From Euprymna scolopes (Eukaryota), in NCBI GenBank assembly GCA_053919585.1, contig CM132794.1: a stretch of 64,000 nucleotides of DNA. The stretch is one strand, 5' to 3'. Positions 44,001-56,606 of this stretch are shown one piece after another. How positions within the stretch are numbered: position 1 is the stretch's first letter; every line of letters begins with the position of its first letter. The notes beneath the pieces were generated by a model. The model did not search any database, was not told the DNA's origin, and worked only from the letters and a program-made list of their open reading frames with translations. The translations under genes and the position numbers were made by a program.

Positions 44001-47000
44001 TACCAACTTCTATCCCAACAACAATATCAACTATAACTACATCCATACCAACATCAATACTCACAACAACATCAAATCCAACAACTACATTCATACATAC
44101 TACAAAAACCACATCAATTCCAAGAATATTTACTACAACTACTATAACATCTGTTCCAACAACAATATCTATTAACACTACATCGATTCCAACATCAATA
44201 CTCACAACAACAATTTCAATTCCAACAAGTACATCAATACCTACCGCAAAATCAACTTCAATTCCAACAACAATATCTACTACATCTAGAGAAATCACTT
44301 CAATTTCAACACCACTAATACTTACTACAACATCGATTCAAACGACAACATGTATACCAACTACATCAATAACTTCATTACCCCTTACAACAACTTCCAT
44401 TCCAACAACAATATCAACCACAGCAATGTCAATACCCATTACAAAAACTACATCAATACCTACTATCACATCAATTCAAACATCTATACCAACTACATCA
44501 TCATTTTCTACTACAGAAACCACATCCATTTCAACAAAAACATCAATACTTACTACAAAAACAATATCTACTACAACCACAACGCCAACTTCACAAACAA
44601 CATCCATGCCAACAATAACTTCATCCATATATACAATTACATCAATACCTACAACAATTTCCATTCCAACAACAACGGTATCTACTACAAATACATCAGT
44701 ACAGACTCTGACCACATCAATTCCTACAATTACACAAATGCCTACTACACAAGCCACATCAATTCCAACAACAACTATTGCAACTACATCGATACCAACG
44801 ACATCAATACCAACTACGGCAACATCAATTCCAACAACTACATCAATACTTACAACAGAAACACCAATTTCAAAAACATCATCAATATCTACAACATTAA
44901 CTACCTCATTGCCCACTACAACATCAATTCCAACGACATCAATCTCTACAACATCAATAAAAACAACATCTATACCAACTTCATCAGCCACTACAACAAT
45001 CATGTCACTTCCGACAACACCAACATCAACTACCACATCAACATCTATAGCAACAACAATGATATCAACTACGACAGCAATACCCACTACACAAACTATA
45101 TCAATACCTACTACCACAACATCAATTCAAACAACAACGACCTCTACGCCAACTATATCAACTACAACAATTCTCACATCTCTACCTACTACAACCTATA
45201 TTCCAACATCTACTACAACCATATCAATACCAACAACATCAATACCCACTATGAGCATAACTGCATCAATCCCAAGTACATCAAAGCAATCTACGCCAAG
45301 GTCAGTTCCAACAAAAACTAAAGCAACACCTACTATAGAAACCACATCAATTCCGACAACATCAATTCCTACTACAAGAACATCAATCCAAACAACATCT
45401 ATATCAACTACATCATTACCAACAAGTATATCCAGGCTTACAAGACCAATACCAACTACATCTATTCCAACAACAATATCCACTACAACCACATCAATAC
45501 CAACGACATCAATAACCACTATGACAACATCAATTCCAACAATAATTACATCAATACCTATTATAGAAACCACATCAATTCCAAAAACAACACTAATTTC
45601 GACTTCATTAACATCAACCTCTATTATAGCATCAATTCAAACAACATCTATACCAACTACACCGAAAACATCAGTACTCACTACAACAACCATGCCCATT
45701 CCAACAACATCGCTACCTACCACTTCTATTCCAACAACAATATTCACTACAACCACATCAATACCAACTACTCACATTGCATCAACACCCACTACCACAA
45801 CGTTAATTCCAACAAGAATGACATCTATCCCTACCATATCAACCACTATCATTCCAACAACATCCCTTCCCACTACAATAACAACTTCCTTTCCAACATC
45901 TACATCGACATCAATACCCACTACAGAAATTATATTGGTCCCTACGACCATAATCACATCTATTCCAACATCAATCCCCACTACAACATCAATACCTATT
46001 ACAGAAACCACATCAATTCCAACTACATCAATACTTACTACAACATCAATTCCAACATCAATGCCCATTACATCAATTCCAACAACACTTTCTCCATCAA
46101 CAACTTCAATTCCTACTACTACTACTACATCAATTCAAACATCTATACCAACTACATTAGTCACCTCATTACCCACTACAAGAACCACGTCTATTCCAAC
46201 ATCAATACATACAACAACTTTCATTCCAACATCGGTATCTTCTACAACCACATCAATACCAATTACAGCTATACCCACAACACAACATACATCAATCCAT
46301 ACAACCATTACTACATCTATTCCAATAACATCTATCACACCAATGAGAAGATTAATTCCAACATCAGTACCTACTACAGAATCCACACTAATTCCAACCA
46401 CCACATCAATCCATATGACTACAGCAACATCAATTCCTACTACTTCAATATCAATTCTAAGAACATCATTACCCTCCCCAACAACATCATTACCCTCCCC
46501 AACAACATCAACCCCCACTAAACTGACCAGATCAATTCCTTCTACCAAAACCACCTCAATTCTCACATCAATTCCTTTTATAGTAACCACGTTGGTTTCC
46601 CCTACTACATCAACTCAAACAACATCAGTATCCTCCAGGAAAATCCCATCAATTCAATCAACATTTAAATCTACTAGAGAGACTACATCTATACTGAGAA
46701 CCACCTCAATCCCTATTATAACTACAACCTCAATTGTAATAACTTCAATTGCAACAACAATTACCACATGTATGTTAACAACTTCAATCCCCACTAGTAA
46801 AACTACATCAATTAAAACATCAATCCCAACAACTACAAAAACATCAATCCCTACTACCACAATCACATCAATTCCAACTACAACTATCACATCAATACCG
46901 ATTAAAACACCTACTTCAATTATAACCCCAATCACATCAATTTCAACATCAATAACTACTACAGAAACCACATCAATTCCAATGACAAGCACATTGATTA

Positions 47001-48080
47001 CTTCAATACCCACTACTACAGCTGTGTCAATTCCGACAACAACCACATCAATTTCAACAAAAACATCAACACTGACTTCAAAAACTACATCGATTTCAAC
47101 AACATCAACACCCAGTACAAGCACATCAATTCCCAAAACAACACCAATACAACCTAGAACAACCATTTCAATTCCAACAACATCAATACTTACTACGAAA
47201 CTCATAGCAATTCCAAGAAGAACGTCAATAATACCCACTATAACATCAATACCAGCTGCAACAACCACATCAATTCCACATAGAACAACAATACCCACTA
47301 CAGAAACCACACCAATGTCTATGACGAGCACATCACTACCTACAACTATCACTTCAATACCCACAACAATCACCACATCACTTCTGACAACTTCAATACC
47401 CACTACAGAAATCAAGTCAATTCCAACAACATCCATACCTACTAGAACAACAACCACATCAATACCCACGACAGAAACTGCATCATTCCTCACTCCCACA
47501 ACTTCAATAATGCAATCAATACCTACTCCAGAAACGTCATCATTACCTACTAGATTAATTCCAAGGACAACTTCAATTGTCACTACTACAAAATCCCCAT
47601 CAATACCTACTACAATGACCACATCAATACCAACAAGCATCTCAATACACACTACACCAACCACATCAATTTCAACACCCACATCAATACCCACAAGTCT
47701 TCATAGCATATCATCATTAGCAACTTATCATACTCCTTCCACTCATATAACAGTACCTTTTTCCAAATTTAGTACTACTACAACACCTTGTCTAACTAAT
47801 TCAACCAAAACTTTGTCCACTCTCATCTACTCTGCTGTAAGTAGGACTAAGACCACTCCTGTTAAATCCCATTCAGTAACACTAATTTCTCACCGTCGTT
47901 CATCTAACACCAAATCTTCTAAATTGACAAAACCTAATTATCCAACTGCCTCCATACCAACAACTGAAATCACTTCAACTTCATCTATGGCCACATCTGT
48001 AACTGCCACTTCTAAGCTTTCAACTCTAACACCTCTAACATCACGTTTAATTCCAACTTCAACTGCAGTTTGGTCCTCAG
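14061..48080 (+). CDS. Giant internal coding exon of a mucin-like protein (PTS / Thr-Ser-Ile-Pro O-glycosylation domain)
   Basis: ORF open from before 14135 to 48127; acceptor ..ttctatattcaatattacAG| at 14060 and donor tcctcaG|GTattg at 48081 coincide with the start and end of S/T-rich coding; length 34,020 = 3 x 11,340, phase 1 at both ends; no signal peptide at the annotated Met, so other exons are expected. Confidence 0.88.
16400..38500 (+). repeat. Coding tandem-repeat core: TTSIP-type micro-units inside a ~600-bp (~200 aa) unit, with higher-order duplications
   Basis: 16561 and 17161, and 20161 and 20761, repeat at exactly 600 bp; marker catccctaccacgcacacc recurs at 21436, 23071 and 25312; boundaries approximate. 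Confidence 0.9.
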
Positions 48081-48746
48081 GTATTGTGTCTGCTTTCAAT
48101 TTTCACAGAAAAATGCTCTTGACTTAGTCCTTAATATTGAGTTTGTTAATTTTATTTGTATTTAATCGATTTTATGTTTTTCACATTGTATATTTATAAA
48201 TTTTCCTTTGTTTATAAACCAATATGTATAATTCTTTGCAGCCGGGTAAATAGTATTAGATTATACCCAACACTTTACAATTTCACATTCTTTAGAATTC
48301 AATGTTTATATTTTTGTATCACATAGATAAAACAATGACAATTCTAAAGCTGCTAGTTTTGCACATCATTTTCATATCAATTTTTTCAAAAGGAGAAGCA
48401 ATGAGGAGTTAAATCATTTTATCACAAACTGTAGAGAATCATATTTGAAAACAGTTACTGTAATTTTGGATGCAACGTAACTTAAAATTTACAGTATTTC
48501 AGTTTTCTCTTGCTATCAACTGTTCATATTATTTTTTATTTAGTGAATTTATTCATATTATAGCCTTTAATTGGTTAATGTTTGACTGAAAATATTAAAA
48601 TCATTTAAAAGTGAAGTTGCTAGACAATTAACTCTTAGTGAATCTTATTTGTATAAATCAAGATGCCTGCATAAATAATTATATTGATGTGATTGGTAGC
48701 CATGTGTATTGTTTATAGCATGACTGCAATTGGTTTAGTTTTTCAG

Positions 48747-48784
48747 AGTGAACATGAGGAAAGATTCACTTATAGGATGCATAC
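48747..48784 (+). other. Candidate 38-nt exon
   Basis: tttagtttttcAG| ... |GTgagt consensus splice sites; not phase-compatible with direct joining to the giant exon (gives TGA). Confidence 0.3.
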
Positions 48785-48918
48785 GTGAGTAAATACATAA
48801 TAAAAATAATGAATTCAACCCCTAAAAAAATTAAATTAAAACCAACCATTGCTAAGCTCATGAATAAAATACTTGGGGAAATATTTACTTAAATCATTTC
48901 TATATAATATACGACATT

Positions 48919-49143
48919 AAAAAAAATCATCATTTTGCGACCATGGTTGAGATAATGGAGTTCGGTAAACTCCATCATCTTTTCATATGGCTGTTAATGT
49001 GTGTGCACGCCACCACTACACACATTGGGAAACAGGAAGACTGACCTGACCTTCCACCTGCATACAGCACCTTGATAATTCCAAATGGTCACTCATTTGG
49101 TACTGGCCAGGCTCAGCATTGGTTAAGTTTGGTGATCTGCAGA
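48919..49143 (-). mobile_element. 5S rRNA-derived SINE (SINE3-like), 5'-truncated and diverged
   Basis: 49060..49143 aligns by eye to antisense 5S rRNA (gcatacagcacc..ggtcactcat..gtactggccaggctc..gtgatctg); followed on the minus strand by a non-5S body, hairpin atggagtt-n5-aactccat (48955..48975) and a T-run. Confidence 0.7.
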
Positions 49144-49500
49144 TAATATTGTTAACATAATTATGCTGTATATAAATTTAATAATTAATATATTTAAAAA
49201 AAAAAATAGCCCAAATGTAAAGCTTTGTCTTTTTTCAATAAAGTGGTTTACATAACAATTATTTTAAAAAATTTGACTTATTTCATAAGTTTCTTAACTA
49301 TGTACTTTGGATCATCCTCACATATCTTGTTTTCTATTTTTTAACAACATAAAATTCTTTATTTCTATTCAAACCAAAATATTTTGATGAAAGACACGCA
49401 CACACACACATATTACCAACATTCACGTACAATTGTTTCATCTTTTTACTGGTATTTAAATATATAATAGTTATGTGTTATTTATCATCTTTTATACCAG

Positions 49501-49605
49501 CAGGGCCACACTTCAGAGCAAAAAAGTGCATAAAAACCGAAATATACACTGGTCACATCAACCTATGGACGGCCTTCAGAACCAACAATCTGCTAAATTT
49601 ACAAT
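49501..49605 (+). other. Candidate next exon of the mucin gene (105 nt)
   Basis: Pyrimidine tract + tandem cAGcAG acceptor, GTtaag donor, length divisible by 3, higher GC than the intron; open in phase 1 (AGPHFRAKKCIKTEIYTGHINLW..) and phase 2. Confidence 0.35.
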
Positions 49606-49612
49606 GTTAAGA

Positions 49613-49617
<5 letters not shown>

Positions 49618-49677
<60 letters not shown>

Positions 49678-49842
49678 CCTATCACATATTTCACATCATA
49701 TGACCATTTTCAGTGTATAATTTTTACAGTTAGAATACTACAAAATACACTTGCCTTTCATGTTTCTATTCTTTTTTTCAGTAATTGAAAATTGCGAATA
49801 TATTGGATTGTTTGTGTTAAAAGACTGTCTATAAGTTAATAT

Positions 49843-49917
<75 letters not shown>

Positions 49918-50226
49918 TTTTTTTTCTCCTGAAGAGTTACCTGCTGGTAGAAATAGATTAAAAGAAAATAAGACATGTTGAGAACTATTATATATTCAAA
50001 TACCAGTAATGGATTGAAACAATTGTACGCGAATATTGGTAATAAATCTGTAACCTTTTTGAAATGAGCATAAAAATGAGTGTCGGTTCTTCGTGAAGTG
50101 GTACATTATAATAAGTATTTATAGCTCTAATACTGCACCACTGAGCTATCTTAAAAAAAATTTTTATTTTCATCTATATTTGAACACTAAATTGGATAAA
50201 TTTTATTCCAGTTGGTTAAAATATAG

Positions 50227-50306
<80 letters not shown>

Positions 50307-50895
50307 AGACAAATAAATTTGTTACAGGAATTCAAGATCAACAATGATTAAGAGTATGATCGTTTTTAAGATAGTTGGAAACTATTTTTCCTTATTTTTT
50401 TATGATTTCATTAAAATATGTATCTTCTTACGAAGCTTTACAAGGTCATACAATCCTAAATTTAATTTAAAAGTGATAAAAATATAGCTATATTAAAAAT
50501 GATAACAATATCAACAATGGCGACAAATAATAATAATAATAATAATAATAACTAAAGGTAAATATTGTAGTGAAAGTTTAAATAAAATGATTAATGAAAA
50601 TGAAATATGGAGATGATATTAGTATTTATGCTATGAATTAAAATTTTTGAGTATTATTGTCGTTGATAAAATTAAAGAAAAAAAGAATAAGATAATAGTA
50701 CAATTAAATAAGAAACAGCCTCACTAATGCCAATCAAAGCAATGGTTATAAAGTTGCAACCAACAGTAATCAGTAGTAGTAAAGGTTGTAATTATATTGA
50801 ACTGTAATTAAAATTAAATAAAATGTAATGGATTTATCATAATACTAAAGATAAAACGGTTAAAAATAATAATAAAGACAAAAAATATTTTAAAG

Positions 50896-50966
<71 letters not shown>
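49618..50966. repeat. Cluster of microsatellites: (AT)n ~49618..49676, (CA)n(TA)n ~49843..49912, (AT)n ~50229..50302, (AAT)n ~50527..50550, (AT)n ~50905..50966
   Basis: Direct reading. Confidence 0.95.
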
Positions 50967-50968
<2 letters not shown>

Positions 50969-51050
50969 CTAATAAGTATTATAATAATAAAAGTAATAAA
51001 AAGTTATATAATAATGATTTTAATAATGCGATTAATAAAAATGTTGATAA

Positions 51051-51283
51051 NNNNNNNNNNNNNNNNNNNNNNNNNNNNNNNNNNNNNNNNNNNNNNNNNN
51101 NNNNNNNNNNNNNNNNNNNNNNNNNNNNNNNNNNNNNNNNNNNNNNNNNNNNNNNNNNNNNNNNNNNNNNNNNNNNNNNNNNNNNNNNNNNNNNNNNNNN
51201 NNNNNNNNNNNNNNNNNNNNNNNNNNNNNNNNNNNNNNNNNNNNNNNNNNNNNNNNNNNNNNNNNNNNNNNNNNNNNNNNNNN
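51051..51283. other. Assembly gap (N run)
   Basis: 233 consecutive N. Confidence 0.99.
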
Positions 51284-51556
51284 CTAATAATGTGATATGC
51301 ATATAATGGCAACATTTCCGTTAGTACCACTACTCGCCCTCATAAAAATAACAGTAATAATGACAAGATCTTATAATGTATGATTATGATAATATGAATG
51401 CAATGTGATTTGGAGTAATAGGGAGTAAGAAGATTAAAATTCTTAAGGTATTTGGGAGAGCCAAGAAATATGTATGAAGGTAATAATTATATATGACCTA
51501 TTTAAAGATCTGACAAAAAAAAAAGATTTCTTAGACAGTTAATGTTTCAGTGGACA

Positions 51557-53125
51557 CTACGTGATTTCAAAATTGCTATACTTGTATTTTGCCTTATGTT
51601 TGCATTGGAAAATCAGCTCTCTTTTAGCACTGATTACATTCTTGCGTTGAGAAGTTATTATCCTAACTGCCTCATATAAGCAGAGGTTACAAAATTTGGA
51701 TCCAGGGGTATATGATTTGAAATTTACTGATAATATCCCAATTGAGAAAACGATATTCTTAGATCTAAGTTTTTTTATAAGAATGCTTAAAGAAGTTCCT
51801 TGGTTACTACTTGGTTTTATATTATTAAATGATGATATGTGGTTAGAAATTCTCAGCTTTATTAAAGTGGAAGTGGATCCAATGTATGTGTATGTTTTGG
51901 GTGCGATCTCATTACTGTTGCTGGTGTTTTGAATTATATAGTTGTTATGGTCAGGGTAAGAATTGGATGGATTATTAGGGATATTGTTGTGGTTCGGGTC
52001 GTCAATATTATTATCATGGGAGTTGTCTGGCAAAGAACTATCACTATTTATATTGTTAGTGTTGTTATTTAGCAATTTTATTGCTAAAGACGGATCTTCA
52101 AGTTCATTGCTATTTGATTGTCCGATGCTTAGCAGTTGGGAAAATTAATAGTGGCAATTTGGATGGATTTAGATGGTATCTCCGTTATAGTACAGGAATA
52201 AATCACATCCTTATGTATACAGTTATTGTCAAGATCGCATTCACTCTTTTTGGCAATTACATTTGGTTTTATTGGCTAAAGGAAAAGGGATTACCTGGGC
52301 ATCTTTAATTTTTTTTGTTATTAGATGCTATAATTAGGCATTGTAGCTTAAGATATCTTGATGGAGATTTTATTAAGTAAAGTGCTGTATCTATGTGGGT
52401 ATAAAGATTTTTCAACAATATTGAAAAACTCCTTGGGGATATTAGTTTTTACATTAAAACTGAAATGAATATTTTTTCTCCTTATTCTTTTTTTTTAGGG
52501 CTAGGCTTATTTAGGTTAGATGGTTGATTGGTAGGATTGTGGATGGAGGTGTTAAAGTAATTATTGCTATCACATTCAATCTGATGATTTTTTTTTTTTT
52601 TTTACATTGAGACAGGTTATGCGTAATTAATGAGGGTAAACAGTGTTTCTTGGTTCTTACGGTTGTATTTTATGTTCTCTATATATCCTGAATTTCTTAG
52701 GATGTTGTTGTAGAACATGGAGTTTTGATCAAAAGTCTTTTTGTTGGCTGAGAGTCTACAGAATCTAGTAGAGATTGATGATATTATGGATTTAATAATT
52801 GAATGAGGGTGATTGGAAAACTTGTGAACATGTAAAAGTGTAAAATTTGGCTTATGGTAAGGACAATAAGTTTCAGAATTAAGGTTAAGTGAGATATCTA
52901 AGTTTTTCTGGTATGGTTAAACTGTATAGAGAGTCCAAAATTATAAAAGAAATCATGAAGTTTCTTGACAGCTTTATTAAATTCCCTAGGTCTGGCTCTT
53001 GTAGCAAAAAGGGCATTGTCTCTATATAGACCTCCTTGGATCTGTTTAAAATGTATCTTAAGCGCTTTTATAAGGAAAATCCCCACCAAGCCTGTCACTT
53101 GTGCAGAGTCCGAAGCATGCTCTGA
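51557..53125 (-). mobile_element. 5'-truncated degenerate Penelope-like element (RT C-terminus + GIY-YIG endonuclease; Naiad-type motifs)
   Basis: SDSAQVTGLVGIFLI and GLYRDNAL (LYRDD-type RT); CNC..CDLDNNC..VIY linker; YIGST..KLRISNHISSF, TSLS, CNLCLYE, KRELIFQCKH; many frameshifts. Confidence 0.85.
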
Positions 53126-53616
53126 AAGAAAGCGAGGTGTATACTTTGTGAATGTGAGCAGTAGAGGTTTTGGTGAGTAGAGGTGTGGTGAAGAAAGGAG
53201 TAGAGGGGGATGAAGGAAGAGGAGGAAGTATGATCCCGTGTAGTCAAGCTGTCGCAACGAGGAGGTATTGGTATTATTTTAACTTGGCAGTTGTTTATTG
53301 GCCCAAGTTTTCACTTTGATTTGAAGTAATATTATACCATCATTGCTGTTACTTCCCTACCTTAGGTCCTTATGGTTGTTATTTCTTTTCTGGTGGTGAA
53401 TTCATTATCCATCTATTTTATTGATAAGCTCTATTTATTTATTGATTTTATCCCTCACCTTTTTATCTGTTCATTTGTGTCTCGTTTTTAAATTATTTAT
53501 TTGTTTATTTATAAAATATATGTCCATATGGTCAAATTAACAGTCAGCGAAGAAATTTACAGACTTATATGATTTAAATAAAGATGGTATACAGGGAGTC
53601 ATATTTTCCACTCTAC

Positions 53617-56030
53617 TGTGGTGTCTGAAATAATTACACAGGCAAAGGTTTTCATATCTATATTATTATGGTGCTAAATGGTAATAAAACGAAAGGAACA
53701 CAGGACTTTTAGAAACAAACATGTATTCCCATATATTACAGGCAAGACGTGTTGAGCAATATCATTCCTCAACTGGAGGGCGTTTCCACACAACCTCCTT
53801 GGCCGCGTACCAATCACTGACTCCAGGCACCAGTACTCGTCATCAGAGGAAGTGACATCTTGAGGTAGTCCATTAATCCCATGGAGGGGCATTTCCAACT
53901 CCCCCTCCTCCCAAGCTTTTTGTTCGTAAAAGCTGTCAGTACCTCTTCCTTTTAAGGTTTACCATCAATGGCTCGGTAAACTTTCTCTTACGGAACGACC
54001 ACTGTAGTTCAGGTGTTGGTTGAGGAGGTTCAAGATCAAAAGTTTCGAAGACAGTGTCTATCGGCTCATCTTCCAATGATGGACTGTCGCTGGTTTCAAC
54101 TGATCGACATTTTCTTAGTTGGTTCTGGTGACGTATGTTAGTCCTTGGACGATATATACCATGTCACCGACTCTCTTAGTGATTGTACCCACCTCCCAGA
54201 ATGATGTATTGTTTTTATAACTTTTGAAAAACACTCTTTCACCTGACATGAAACGTTTACTGGGTACACAAGTGGTCACTAGTGGCCTTGACTGTTTGGG
54301 TAAGAGCTTGTCAAAAACAGATCTCACTTTCTGCGCAAACATCGTTTCTGCAAGTGAGACTGTTGTTGGTGTGTTCGAGTTGGGTGTAATCCTATACACG
54401 TGTAAAAATTGTTAAATGCTCCATCTGTTGGGGTCCCTTGAACCTTCTTCAGTGCTCTTTTAAAAGTGTCCATCAAGCGTTCCACTTGCCCATTCAACCA
54501 AGGATGGTATTGGGGAGTGGTGATATGAGTAACTTGGAACATATCACAAAAACTTTTGAACTCAGCAGACATAACCTGGGTTCCATTATCACTTACAATG
54601 CAATTGACTACACTGAAACGTGTGAACAGTTCATGTAAGAAATTTATAGTCCTTCAGTTGTCGGTCTTCTGCACCATCATACCTCAGGCCACTTGCTATA
54701 ACTATCGACTATGATTAAGTAATAATTGTCCTGGAGCAGACTCGCACAATCGGTGTGCACCCTAGACCATGGCTGGTCAGTCTTCGGCCAAGGTTTAAAC
54801 ATAATCGGCGGTGATTTATCTGCAAGAGCACAGCCTGTGCATGAGTTTATCCTCTGATTGATGTCCTCGTACATTTTAGGCCAGTAGACATAGCCCCTCA
54901 TCAAACTCTTCATACGATTTTTCCCAGGATGTCCTGTGTGAAAATCCCATAGAATTAGTTTTTAGAGACATTTAGGAATCACCACTTTTTCGCCATGTAG
55001 TAAAACCTCATCGCAAAGCGAAAATACTTCCGGAACATCGCTCTTTATGCAGATCTAATTTTTTTTATGTCACAGATGAAGTCATCCTTGTCAGCTTCCC
55101 TTTTCACCTCCGGTAGAGACACCGGGAGTTCTCTGATTGTGTTGCCCATCATCATTTTTATTTCCTCGTCCGTCTGAAGAGTGACAATGATGGAATCTTC
55201 AAACAGATCCCTTTTCAATGGTATCAGCCTAGATAGGCTATCCGCATGGCTAATTTGTTTTGAAGACAAGTACTCCAGGGTGAAATCATAATTCAGTAAT
55301 AATATATCCCATCTCAACAGTCTATTAGCTGTATATGTCGGTAAGCCTTTTTTGGAACTAAAAATCATAACGGCTTATGATCGGTCTGCAATGTAAATTT
55401 TCTACATGTAAATACCTATGAAACTTTGTCATAACGAATATAATACTCAAGGCTTCTTTTTTAATTTGAGAGTACTGTCTTTCGGCCTTTAATAGCATTC
55501 TAGATGCATGTGCGATTGGTTTCCTGGTACCATCAGACATTATATGAAGTATGCAAGCTCCCACACCAAATGAGCTTGCGTCACATGCTATTATTATTCT
55601 CAACCTTGGATCATAGGTTGTCAAAAAAAGATCTGAAGTTAACGTTTCTTTGATCTTCTCAAACGTCTTCTGGCAGTCTGGCGTCCAGTCCCAGGCTTTC
55701 TCTTTCTTTAGCAGTTCATTTAGTGGGGCGCGCAAATCATGCATATTCTTCATGAAAACTTGGTAGAAATTAATCAGGCTCAGAAAGTTTTGTAGTGCTT
55801 GCACGTTATTGGGAGCAGACATGTTCTTTATGGCTTCCACCCTCTCAGGATCGGAGTGTCTACCATCTTCATCAATAATGTGAAATAAGTAACGAATTTC
55901 CTTCATCAGTCACACTTTGCTTCTTTTATTTTCAAACTGAAACTTTGAATTCTTTCAAAAACTTCATGTATGTGTTTTGGTGCTCATCTGTGGATTTACT
56001 GACTATGACAATATCATCCAAGTAGGTGTC
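53617..56030 (-). mobile_element. 5'-truncated Ty3/Gypsy (Mag-like) pol remnant with PPT and 3' LTR (~53617..53899)
   Basis: YLDD at ~56015..56026; RNase H IACDASSFGVGA, YSQIKKEALSII; integrase HPG, MKSLMRGYVYWP, PWSRVHTD, IVDSYSKWPE, NGQVERLMDTFK; purine tract ggaggagggggag before the LTR; LTR ends ..CACCACA. Confidence 0.92.
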
Positions 56031-56410
56031 TATGTGTATGTTTGTATATCCAGTTAGATGTAAAAAAAAATACAAAACAAAACCTTCGAAGTTGATATAT
56101 TCTTAGTGTTGCACTGGATAAATAATATCTAAAATTTAAAAAAATATTCTCTGGGAGCGTTGGTTTTTCAGTGTTATTATGTATTAATTTAAAAAGAAAA
56201 TGCCTAGAGGAATCTATTATAGCAAGGAAAGTTGTCTGTGTATATGCCCAGTTAGAAAGATATGGGCTAGGCAAAGGAGAAAGAGGAGATTAGGTTGAGG
56301 GGGGGGTATAAAATGGGGTTGAAAGATAGAGATGGACAGAGAGGACGAAAAAAGTTTTAATAGAAATATTTACACATTTGCCTAGGCAACACCGAGTATC
56401 CCAGCTTGTA
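56030..56410 (+). mobile_element. Possible non-autonomous Helitron remnant
   Basis: gcctaggcaacaccgagtatcccagcttgt at ~56380..56409 resembles a CpG-decayed Helitron 3' hairpin + CTAG end; begins where the Gypsy is truncated. Confidence 0.3.
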
Positions 56411-56606
56411 CATTTATAAATCTTTCAAAAATATCTTTATGATTCAGTGAATCAAGGATTTGAAAAGATACAAAAAATGTAAAATAGAACACAAAAATGT
56501 AGGTATATATATATATATAAATCTTGCAACAGATATCTTCGTTATAAAATTCTATGTGTTGCGGATTTGGTAAAAGTAAATAAAAAATTAACTAAGAAAT
56601 GAGGAA

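Noticed and set aside
14413-47694. Long minus-strand Val/Gly/Ile/Asp ORFs (up to 2548 aa) and alternative-frame plus-strand ORFs
   Set aside because: Shadows of ACN/TCA/ATA/CCA codons of the mucin repeat; repeatedly broken by stops while the sense frame is not.
14135-48127. Single-exon 11,330-aa gene from ATG 14135 to stop 48127
   Set aside because: The S/T-rich frame starts upstream at a splice acceptor, there is no signal peptide, and the last 15 codons follow a GT donor; an internal exon fits better.
51557-52270. Selenocysteine-type Naiad element
   Set aside because: Conserved Cys positions are normal TGT/TGC codons; the nearby TGA is explained by a frameshift.
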